The notes under the pieces: generated by a model
What the model was told of the DNA's origin: nothing
The model's database searches: none
Seen by the model: only the letters and a program-made list of their open reading frames with translations
Part shown: piece after piece, positions 1 to 7,514 of the stretch
Layout of the letters: each line of letters begins with the position of its first letter
Numbering within the stretch: the first letter of the stretch is position 1
Translations under genes and position numbers: made by a program
IMG/VR virus record: IMGVR_UViG_3300045988_129816
Source of the DNA: a virus
Strand: one strand, 5' to 3'
Length of the DNA stretch: 42,653 bases

Positions 1-99
1 AAAGCCATTTCAAAATCAATGTCAGACATATCATCCAATATTAATTCATTAGACAGTACACTGCAAATAATGAATACACAATTAGGTACTATGTCAGAT
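1..99. repeat. Terminal direct repeat: 1-99 identical to 42555-42653, so the genome unit is about 42,554 bp
   Basis: Exact 99-nt identity between window start and window end, read directly; reading frame of a gene continues across it. Confidence 0.9.
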
Positions 100-141
100 A
101 TGTTAGATGAATTAAATGGTGTGACGGAGGAAACATCATGA
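1..141 (+). CDS. 3' part of the junction-spanning small coiled-coil tail-fibre-associated gene that starts at 42450 (stop TGA 139-141)
   Basis: Frame from 42450 runs through the window end and continues in-frame from base 1 (…KAISKSMSDISSNINSLDSTLQIMNTQLGTMSDMLDELNGVTEETS*). Confidence 0.5.
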   Translation, partial: KAISKSMSDISSNINSLDSTLQIMNTQLGTMSDMLDELNGVTEETS

Positions 142-164
142 CGATTTGCTAAAAATTCAAATTA

Positions 165-1235
165 ATGATGGCATCATTTGCAGACATCAAGGCGGCTATC
201 ATTGAAAAGGGAGGTACTGTTACAGGCGGATATGCCGATTATGCTAAAAATATCCGAAATTTATATTCTAATGATATATACACATCACAGTATCAATATC
301 CGACTGAAAAACCACCGATTATGCAGTATTTAATCAATTTGTATAATCGCATAACATTCTGCTATGCGGTCAAACAGGAAATACGGCAGGCAATTATAGA
401 CGGTGGTGTTGATGTTCCTGATGATACACCGTTTTCAGAATATGGCGATAAAATTCGACAGATTCAGTTGTTTGAGATAACAACAAATTTAATCAAATTT
501 CGCCAAAATGAAAATTTTTCAATTCAGCTGGAGGCGGTTGGGGGAAAGCCACCATACAAATGGGAACATTCAGGATATGCCCCGAAAGGTATGAATTTTT
601 CAGAAGACGGATTACTGTCCGGTATAGTAAAAACCGGTGGAGGTTCAGCATATCCATCAAACGACTGGACAGTGACAGATAGCACAGGAAAAAGCGTAAC
701 AAAACAAATCACTGTATCTGTCCTACAAGAATTGGTGCACATAAAAGTCGTTAAGGACACATTTATTTACGATGGAACACCGAAACAAATGGAGCTGCAC
801 TGTGAAGAATATCCCGATATGACGCTAACGGTCAAATACGGGATAGATAAATTGACAGCACCGATAAATGCAGGAACATATTATGCACAGTTATCCACAC
901 CATATGCCTATCGTGCGGAGGATTTTTCGCCACATTATTTAACAATAGAACGAAAATTAATATCATTCAATGCAGTTGAAAATCAATTTGCTGTGTATGA
1001 CGGACAACCCAAGGAATATACATTGGAATTATCAGACACTGATGCAACATTCAACATCAGCTATAAAAAATATTCGTCAGATGATAAAAATAATCTATTA
1101 CTTGCCGCCAAGGAATGTACACAGAATAAACCAACTGAAATAGGCAAATACAGCGTAATTTTTGGGTTTTATGGGAATTACCGAAGTAGTGCCTATTATC
1201 ATTACGGAACGTTGGAAATAACGGAGGGACAGTGA
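165..1235 (+). CDS. Adhesin-like protein: one putative Ig domain (GGKPPYKWEHSGYAPKGMNFSEDGLLSG, He_PIG-like) plus two tandem 'YDGtPK…AGTYY' MBG-like repeats; possible receptor-binding or accessory tail-fibre protein
   Basis: Motifs read in translation; position immediately after gpH-like fibre genes. Confidence 0.45.
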   Translation: MMASFADIKAAIIEKGGTVTGGYADYAKNIRNLYSNDIYTSQYQYPTEKPPIMQYLINLYNRITFCYAVKQEIRQAIIDGGVDVPDDTPFSEYGDKIRQIQLFEITTNLIKFRQNENFSIQLEAVGGKPPYKWEHSGYAPKGMNFSEDGLLSGIVKTGGGSAYPSNDWTVTDSTGKSVTKQITVSVLQELVHIKVVKDTFIYDGTPKQMELHCEEYPDMTLTVKYGIDKLTAPINAGTYYAQLSTPYAYRAEDFSPHYLTIERKLISFNAVENQFAVYDGQPKEYTLELSDTDATFNISYKKYSSDDKNNLLLAAKECTQNKPTEIGKYSVIFGFYGNYRSSAYYHYGTLEITEGQ

Positions 1236-1236
1236 A

Positions 1237-1656
1237 ATGAGCAGATATTTTAAATTTGTATGGGTAGGATTGTTTATAAAACCAACAATGATGTTTTGGC
1301 TAATAATATCATTCATTGCGATTATGTTTATCATCAATGATGTGTTACGGGATAAATTAGATGACAGTTATTATGATGCAGAACAGCAATACAAAATATC
1401 GGTAGGATTTTCGGTTAAAAACGGAATTGCTAAACCGGAAAAAATATTTTATATTGATGAAAACACACATCAAAAAATAACAGTTCCTAATAAAAATGTA
1501 ACTATTGAAAAATGCGGAAATGTATATGAAACATATGTGCGTATCAAACGTAACGATGGTGATGGATATGATTATGTAATCGCTACAATGAAAAAAATAT
1601 CGGACATAAAATATGAAACGGTGGAAGTAGTGACAGGAAGAGAGGTAATTATATGA
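1237..1656 (+). CDS. Membrane-anchored hypothetical protein (N-terminal TM helix, extracytoplasmic domain)
   Basis: Hydrophobic N-terminus FVWVGLFIKPTMMFWLIISFIAIMFII; abuts previous gene stop. Confidence 0.4.
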   Translation: MSRYFKFVWVGLFIKPTMMFWLIISFIAIMFIINDVLRDKLDDSYYDAEQQYKISVGFSVKNGIAKPEKIFYIDENTHQKITVPNKNVTIEKCGNVYETYVRIKRNDGDGYDYVIATMKKISDIKYETVEVVTGREVII

Positions 1657-1865
1657 TAAAAAGCAGTACATTGGCGGCGGTAATTAATTGTTTGTTGCCT
1701 ATGCTATTATTAATTATGTTGGGAGTTAGAGTTAATGCAGAGTGGTATTATTATGCCGGTGTAATAATATTATCTGCTGCTGATTTGATGAACGGGTTGA
1801 TAATATGTCAACATAACGCACGTCAATTAAAATACCGCAGATGTCGAATGCGTGGTAAAAAATGA
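1653..1865 (+). CDS. Small two-TM protein, holin-like
   Basis: 70 aa, two hydrophobic segments, basic C-terminus (RRCRMRGKK), translationally coupled to neighbours in the lysis region. Confidence 0.35.
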   Translation: MIKSSTLAAVINCLLPMLLLIMLGVRVNAEWYYYAGVIILSAADLMNGLIICQHNARQLKYRRCRMRGKK

Positions 1866-2353
1866 ATTACGGTGAAATCATCAATAAATTAAAAAAACAA
1901 GGATGCAGTGCATTGGAGATTATAAATAATTTTATATGTACCGGACTATTATGCCGAACAACAGTGAATGGGAGAAGTATGAACCCGACAATACAAGACG
2001 GTGAAAGACTGCTATACAATCCGTTTGTAGGTAAAATAAATCATGGGGATATATGTATTGTAAATGTAAATGAAAAATTACTGATTAAACGTGTCATTGC
2101 GATTGGTGGCGACCATCTGACTATAAGTATTTATGGCAGTGTAGCCATAAATGGCGAATGGCAAGATGAACCGTACATAAATCCGCAAGAAACGGACGGT
2201 CAAAGCATTGATATTATAATCCCTAATGGTGAATTATGGATTATGGGTGATAATCGTGGACATAGTACAGATAGCCGCAGTTTTGGAACAGTGGAAGTGT
2301 GTGATGTGTTGGGAGTAGTGATAATACAGAAACGTGGAGGCAATGATGGATAA
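1862..2353 (+). CDS. Signal peptidase I (S26 family, SipS/LepB-like) homologue lacking a clear N-terminal TM anchor
   Basis: Catalytic Ser box GRSMNPT, Lys box LIKRVIAIGGD, box E GDNRGHSTDSR; co-linear with B. subtilis SipS from memory. Confidence 0.8.
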   Translation: MNYGEIINKLKKQGCSALEIINNFICTGLLCRTTVNGRSMNPTIQDGERLLYNPFVGKINHGDICIVNVNEKLLIKRVIAIGGDHLTISIYGSVAINGEWQDEPYINPQETDGQSIDIIIPNGELWIMGDNRGHSTDSRSFGTVEVCDVLGVVIIQKRGGNDG

Positions 2354-2627
2354 TGAACAAAAAGAAATGTGGGAACGTCTGACGGCAGTCGAGCAATCGA
2401 CTAAATCAGCACACCACAGATTGGATAGTCTTGACAAATTGACGGAAAGTGTTCACATATTGGCGGTGGAAACCAAAGCTATGCGTGAAGATGTTTCTGA
2501 CATTACGTCAAGAGTAGATGAAATTGAAAAGAAACCTAACAAACGATATGAAACAGTAGTCACCGCTATTATTACGGCGTTAGTAGGCGGTTTGATAGGT
2601 TATTGTGTTAAAATATTAGGATTTTAG
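2346..2627 (+). CDS. xhlA: XhlA-like phage lysis-associated membrane protein
   Basis: Coiled-coil N-terminus plus C-terminal TM (VVTAIITALVGGLIGYCVKILGF); GGAGG 5 nt upstream of ATG 2346; precedes holin and amidase as in PBSX. Confidence 0.65.
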   Translation: MDNEQKEMWERLTAVEQSTKSAHHRLDSLDKLTESVHILAVETKAMREDVSDITSRVDEIEKKPNKRYETVVTAIITALVGGLIGYCVKILGF

Positions 2628-2640
2628 GAGGTATGTAAAA

Positions 2641-2838
2641 ATGAAAGAATGGTTTAAATGTGCAGGTATTCGTGCTATTAAGACAGTAGCACAGACGGCT
2701 GTTGCAACAATCGGAACGGCAGTCGCAATGGGTGATGTTAATTGGGTATTGGTAGGTAGTGCATCTGCTTTGGCAGGTGTACTGTCGTTGTTGACTTCTG
2801 TTGCAGGTTTGCCGGAAGTAAACAATGAAAAGGAGTGA
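2641..2838 (+). CDS. Holin (phi-LC3/LL-H small holin family)
   Basis: 65 aa, KTVAQTAVATIGTAVAMG…LAGVLSLLTSVAG TM pattern typical of TIGR01598-like holins; AGGAGG RBS; directly upstream of endolysin. Confidence 0.7.
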   Translation: MKEWFKCAGIRAIKTVAQTAVATIGTAVAMGDVNWVLVGSASALAGVLSLLTSVAGLPEVNNEKE

Positions 2839-2844
2839 TGATTT

Positions 2845-3654
2845 ATGCGAATTGGTATAAACTGCGGACACACTGTAAGCGGCACAGTCGGTTGCGGTGC
2901 AGTCGGGGACATAGATGAAAGCGTAGAGGCTCGAGAAGTCGGCTATGCTCTCGAAAATTTATTAAAAGATGCAGGTCATACGGTGTATGACTGCACCAAC
3001 GACCATGCCGACAGTGTCGGTAAAAACCTAAGCAATATTGTAAATATGGCAAATGCACAGCCGTTGGATTTGTTTGTATCGATACATTTCAATAGCGGCG
3101 GCGGACAAGGTACTGAAGTTTGGACATATAACGGGAAGTCATTTGAGGAGGCAACTAATACTTGCAAGGCTATAAGTGCGTTAGGTTTTAAAGACCGAGG
3201 CATTAAGGACGGCTCGAAGTTATATGTTGTACATCATAGCAATGCAAAGGCTATGTTGGTAGAGGTGTGTTTTGTAGACACAGACGATGCCAAAAAGTAT
3301 ACAGAAATCGGTGCAAATAAATTTGCGGAAGCCATTTACAAAGGAATTACAGGACAAACAATAGAGGAGGATTTTACAATGTCACAGTATAATGAATTGA
3401 AAAACTTAATTGAAAAACAGGCGGTGGATATATCGGCGTTACAGGAAGAAAATAAACAGTTGAAAGCCGTTTTACAAAATACAATGGTGTATGATTATGT
3501 TGATAAGAATATGCCACCATGGGCAAGAAAAGCCGTACAAGCGGCAATGGATTACGGTGCAATTCAAGGTGATGAAAATGGTCGCCTTGGACTATCCTAC
3601 AAGGATTTGAGAGCAATTTGCAGAGAGTACCGCTGCGGATTGTATAATAAGTAA
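2845..3654 (+). CDS. Endolysin: N-acetylmuramoyl-L-alanine amidase (Amidase_3/CwlD-type) with C-terminal coiled-coil/binding region
   Basis: MRIGINCGHT…VSIHFNSGGG…EVCFVD amidase_3 signature; RBS AAAGGAG. Confidence 0.85.
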   Translation: MRIGINCGHTVSGTVGCGAVGDIDESVEAREVGYALENLLKDAGHTVYDCTNDHADSVGKNLSNIVNMANAQPLDLFVSIHFNSGGGQGTEVWTYNGKSFEEATNTCKAISALGFKDRGIKDGSKLYVVHHSNAKAMLVEVCFVDTDDAKKYTEIGANKFAEAIYKGITGQTIEEDFTMSQYNELKNLIEKQAVDISALQEENKQLKAVLQNTMVYDYVDKNMPPWARKAVQAAMDYGAIQGDENGRLGLSYKDLRAICREYRCGLYNK

Positions 3655-3658
3655 CTTT

Positions 3659-3688
3659 AAAGGTGGCAAATAGCCACCTTTATTTTTT
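3659..3688 (+). terminator. Rho-independent terminator after lysis cassette
   Basis: AAAGGTGGC-aaata-GCCACCTTT stem followed by ATTTTTT. Confidence 0.8.
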
Positions 3689-3700
3689 GAAAAAAATTTG

Positions 3701-3729
3701 TTGAAAATTTGATGATTATAAATTATAAT
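3701..3729 (+). promoter_or_regulatory. Sigma-A-type promoter of the moron gene (TTGAAA-17 bp-TATAAT)
   Basis: -35 3701-3706, 17-bp spacer, perfect -10 3724-3729; AGGAGGG RBS then ATG 3749. Confidence 0.6.
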
Positions 3730-3748
3730 ATTGTTAGGAGGGAATTTT

Positions 3749-4843
3749 ATGAATAATAAAATTATTAGACGATTTGACATTAAAATATCAGTTCCCATTA
3801 TAGGCGATTCATCAATATCAAAGCTTAAACCGCCTACCGGGTTTCAATATAAAAAAATCAAATTAGATGAATATGAATATAGGAATAAAATAACTGACGC
3901 AAATAACGAACCATTAGAAGAATATAAAAGTGCTATAATAGAAGAAGATAATGGAAAGTACCTAATGACGTTTGACTTAGACGAAACATTAGAATATGAT
4001 TTATCAATTCCATGTAATAACTCAATAACGAGGGATTATATAACATTTGAAAAAGAATTTTTATTGTTTAAATATTTCTCTTTATTGCATCTAATTAAAG
4101 AAGGCGATATTTCATGGCATTATAAATTTTTTTCGATTGATTCTACAACTCCTGCAGGAAACAACTGCGAGCTGAAAGATAAAGAGAAAATTAATAGTTC
4201 ACCAGCAGATATGACTACTTATTTTTCTGAACCTATGAAGATAACAGACGAAGACGTTATAGAATTTGATGAATTATTGTCTTATGATGACAGAGTATAC
4301 CAGATGTTAAAAAATGTTGCTTTAGACGATTTTACTTTCAACTATTGCATATATGATAGCACTACTAATTTTAAAAGCTTGATTACAATTTTGGAGGTGC
4401 TTTTTATAGAAAAATCGGAATGTAAATATAAAAAAAGTTTGTTATCTAAAAGAATATCTAATTTTATCGGAGTCGACGATAAAGAGATTGAAGAAATAAA
4501 GAATAATATAAGTAATTTATATGAACTAAGGAATTATGTGGTACATGTCGGGGAAGAAGTGCCGAGAGAAAAATTAAATATGCTTAGGGATTATACAAGA
4601 AGATGTATAAAAAAATATATGAAATGCATTTCTAAAATATTAAAAGAACATCCTAAGATGAAGTTTGATAATGTAAGAAAATATATAGTAAAACAAATAT
4701 ATAATATAATAAAAAACAGAGAGAATGAAAAAAATCTTAAAATGTTTTCTGTGATATTAGACGGTTGTAAAAATTTAGACGATGCAAAAGAAAAAGTTAA
4801 ACAGTTAATAGAAACGGGAAAAAAGAAAAGTCTGCTTGTTTAG
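3749..4843 (+). CDS. HEPN/Abi_2(AbiD/F)-like protein; candidate single-gene abortive-infection/defence moron
   Basis: C-terminal ELRNYVVHVGEE = Rx4H HEPN motif resembling the Abi_2 'RN..AH' signature; very low GC versus flanks; own promoter and terminators. Confidence 0.45.
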   Translation: MNNKIIRRFDIKISVPIIGDSSISKLKPPTGFQYKKIKLDEYEYRNKITDANNEPLEEYKSAIIEEDNGKYLMTFDLDETLEYDLSIPCNNSITRDYITFEKEFLLFKYFSLLHLIKEGDISWHYKFFSIDSTTPAGNNCELKDKEKINSSPADMTTYFSEPMKITDEDVIEFDELLSYDDRVYQMLKNVALDDFTFNYCIYDSTTNFKSLITILEVLFIEKSECKYKKSLLSKRISNFIGVDDKEIEEIKNNISNLYELRNYVVHVGEEVPREKLNMLRDYTRRCIKKYMKCISKILKEHPKMKFDNVRKYIVKQIYNIIKNRENEKNLKMFSVILDGCKNLDDAKEKVKQLIETGKKKSLLV

Positions 4844-4850
4844 CAGACTT
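4828..4850. terminator. Bidirectional hairpin terminator between moron (+) and int (-)
   Basis: AAGTCTGCT-tgttt-AGCAGACTT; on the minus strand followed by TTCTTTTTT, on plus preceded by A-run; moron stop codon lies in loop. Confidence 0.65.
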
Positions 4851-4931
4851 AATTAAAACATCATGAAATGGTGAGATTTATCGACACGTCTTTTATTATA
4901 GCATATATATTCATACAACAATATTTAAATA

Positions 4932-6539
4932 TTATTGTTGTATAGTAAATATTTGATATGCAATATTTTTGTACATATATAGTTGCAAAAATTCGGATAT
5001 TAATAAATATGGCGTACCATATTCTACGCTATCCGAACTTGACGCATTAGGCTCGGATAGCGTTTTTATTATTGTATTTACGTCTGTATCATCAACTGAA
5101 ATTTCATTATCACACAAGTTTGACTGATTAAATACTATTAATATTTTATCTTGCCATAAATATATTCTATGTATTAATAGGTCTATAATATTTTGTTTTT
5201 CGGGATTGGTAGCGTCTTTGGAGAGGTCTAAGTTTTTTAATATTTGTTTCAATGTTGTTCTTGGAATTTTCGTTGAACTTTGATTTTTATAATTTAATTC
5301 TTGGGTTAGTCTTGTCTTTTGATTTTCTAATTCTTGCAATCTATTCTTTGTTGAGTCTGTAAATATGCCGGCTTCGATAGCGGATAATATATTTGAAATC
5401 TTTCGTTCTATTTCTTTAATGGTGCTTTCAATATCTTTTATTTCGTTAATATGTTCTACGTCATTTTGCTGATAATTGATAGCCGTTTCTATTATTTTAT
5501 TTATGGCGTATTCATCATTTAACAGACAGGATATAGCATTGATAACATACTGTTCAATATCTTTCTTTTTAATATTTTTGCGATTGCATATATGCTTTCT
5601 TTTACGTCCGACACAGGTATAGTAATGATAGGCTAATCCGTTTTGATTTTTACCGCATTCACCAATCATTTTATTATGACAATATCCGCAATACAACTTA
5701 TTTGACAGTAAATAACGCTCGATAGCCTTACAACTTCCTCCGTGTTGGTTTGCAATGGCTTTTTGTTGTGCCTTATAAAAAATGTCGTCAGTAACTATTC
5801 TTTGCGTTTCGTCTGTGTATTCATTATCAGCATAGTAATATTTGCCGATATAGCGTGTGTTTTTGATAAGAGGTGTAATAGCCGTCAAAGTGAATTGATT
5901 GCCGTATGACGTCTTATATCCGTTGCTATTTAACCAATCTGCAATATCGGATTTACGAAAGCCTGTAATATACATATCAAATACTTTGCGAACGGCATTA
6001 GCTGTATGAGGGTCGGGAATGTATGTATCTTCTTCTGATTTACAATATCCGAATGGGATACGGTTTGTAATTTTATGCTTGGCAGCGGTTTCTCTCATAC
6101 CACGCTTAACTTTTTGTGAGAGGTCTTTTGAGAAGTATTCCGCAAAACCTTCCAAGACAGACTCCATCAAAACACCCTCGGGAGAGTCTGTAATGTTTTC
6201 CATAGCGGACATAACTCGAACACCATTATCTTTTAACTTTTTCTTGTACATGGCACTGTCATATCGGTTTCTTGAAAACCTATCCAATTTCCAAACAAGA
6301 ACAACATCAAAAACACATTGTTTACTATCTGCAATCATTTTCAAAAATTGCGGACGTTTGTCGGTAGTGGCGGTTGTCGCACGGTCAATATACGAATTGA
6401 CGATTTGCAAATTGTTACGAGCGGCAAATTGTTCGCAATCGTGCATTTGTCCCTCTATTGATTGTTCCGTTTGGTTGCTGCAAGAATATCTTGCATAAAT
6501 TACACATCTGTTACCTATACTTTTATTATTTTTTTGCAT
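4932..6539 (-). CDS. int: Integrase, large serine recombinase family
   Basis: N-terminal resolvase catalytic domain (VIYARYSCSNQ…S), recombinase domain and zinc-ribbon (CGYCHNKM…C) typical of large serine recombinases. Confidence 0.9.
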   Translation of the reverse strand: MQKNNKSIGNRCVIYARYSCSNQTEQSIEGQMHDCEQFAARNNLQIVNSYIDRATTATTDKRPQFLKMIADSKQCVFDVVLVWKLDRFSRNRYDSAMYKKKLKDNGVRVMSAMENITDSPEGVLMESVLEGFAEYFSKDLSQKVKRGMRETAAKHKITNRIPFGYCKSEEDTYIPDPHTANAVRKVFDMYITGFRKSDIADWLNSNGYKTSYGNQFTLTAITPLIKNTRYIGKYYYADNEYTDETQRIVTDDIFYKAQQKAIANQHGGSCKAIERYLLSNKLYCGYCHNKMIGECGKNQNGLAYHYYTCVGRKRKHICNRKNIKKKDIEQYVINAISCLLNDEYAINKIIETAINYQQNDVEHINEIKDIESTIKEIERKISNILSAIEAGIFTDSTKNRLQELENQKTRLTQELNYKNQSSTKIPRTTLKQILKNLDLSKDATNPEKQNIIDLLIHRIYLWQDKILIVFNQSNLCDNEISVDDTDVNTIIKTLSEPNASSSDSVEYGTPYLLISEFLQLYMYKNIAYQIFTIQQ

Positions 6540-6580
6540 TAAAAAAACACTCCTTTAATTTGATTTTTCTTGTATTTATC

Positions 6581-6631
6581 GGAGTGTTATGATATAATAT
6601 ATTTGGTTTTTGGTGTTATATCATAACACTC
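6581..6631. other. Candidate attP or int operator: perfect 16-bp inverted repeats GAGTGTTATGATATAA flanking a 19-bp core, 40-90 bp upstream of int; a third GGAGTGTT copy overlaps the int RBS (6546-6553)
   Basis: Read directly; 6583-6598 is the reverse complement of 6616-6631; 6613-6629 is itself palindromic. Confidence 0.4.
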
Positions 6632-6637
6632 ATCAAT

Positions 6638-6676
6638 CCCTTTTGCTATTGGCGTAGCAATGGGGATTTTTTATTT
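6638..6676 (+). terminator. Plus-strand hairpin plus T-run terminator, antisense to the lysogeny operon
   Basis: CCCTTTTGCTA-ttggcg-TAGCAATGGGG followed by ATTTTTTATTTATT. Confidence 0.5.
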
Positions 6677-7490
6677 ATTGCAGTTTTTCTATATCTCCAT
6701 TGTCAGTATATATTTGGAATTTAGATAATATAGTTCCACTACCTAAAGTATCAGCATAATGTTCCTCACCGTCTACATATTCGTGTACATCAACCCAAAT
6801 TAGATTCCCCGAAACAGAGATACAGGTTGTTGTTTTTAAAGTAAAATTGACAATCCAATGAATTTCACTATCATTTTTAAAATATTTTTTGTAATAGCTT
6901 AATGCGTATTCTTCCATATTTATATTTTCGGAAATTTTTGATATTCGCCAATTCCCTGTTTTATCATTACGAACATTTGTGGCGGAAAAAGTATCGTTGA
7001 CATTATTAATATCTTTATTGCTAATTCCGTACATATTATCACGGTGTGTTTCTGATTGTTGTTTCTGTTCGGCTACTTGCTTAGCATTTTCAGCAGCTTT
7101 TTTATTTTGATCTGCGATAGCTGCTTGCTCGGCATTTGCTTGCTGCTCTTCGTATGGTTTCATTTTTTGTTTATATGTATCATATTCTTTTTGTAAATCA
7201 TCTTTTGCAGTGGATAATTCATCATATTGTTTTTGCAACTCTTCATTTTTAATTTTTAGATTAACATACTCGGTTCGTTTTACACCTATAATACTTTTAA
7301 ATCCAATACCCAAAACAAAGGCAGCCACCAATGCTCCGATAGTAATTAATTTTCGTATTTTTTGCTTTTCAATTTCTTTATCATCTTTTTCTTTGTCATC
7401 AGAGGTATAGTCCGATAGAGCAACATCACATTGCGGACATTTCTCAAAGTTATCAGAGAATATACCATTACAGTGTGGACATTTTTTCAT
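6675..7490 (-). CDS. Zinc-ribbon/TM/coiled-coil/extracytoplasmic-domain membrane protein A (superinfection-exclusion candidate)
   Basis: N-terminal CPHC…CPQC zinc ribbon, TM LITIGALVAAFVLGIGF, long coiled coil, C-terminal beta-rich domain; located between int and cI. Confidence 0.5.
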   Translation of the reverse strand: MKKCPHCNGIFSDNFEKCPQCDVALSDYTSDDKEKDDKEIEKQKIRKLITIGALVAAFVLGIGFKSIIGVKRTEYVNLKIKNEELQKQYDELSTAKDDLQKEYDTYKQKMKPYEEQQANAEQAAIADQNKKAAENAKQVAEQKQQSETHRDNMYGISNKDINNVNDTFSATNVRNDKTGNWRISKISENINMEEYALSYYKKYFKNDSEIHWIVNFTLKTTTCISVSGNLIWVDVHEYVDGEEHYADTLGSGTILSKFQIYTDNGDIEKLQ

Positions 7491-7514
7491 AAGTAATTCC
7501 CCTTTTATAATTTA

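Noticed and set aside
4916-4940. AT-only palindrome CAACAATA…TATTGTTG spanning the int stop codon as a possible att core
   Set aside because: 8-bp AT-rich stem with no T-run or partner repeat. The 6581-6631 element near the int 5' end is a much stronger att candidate.
6019-6498. Antisense ORFs inside long genes (examples 6019-6498, 12964-13347, 14845-15246, 32459-32893, 33247-33777, 33781-34263)
   Set aside because: They lie entirely within well-supported genes on the opposite strand, have low-complexity or Cys/Ile/Phe-rich translations, and no RBS. Typical shadow ORFs.
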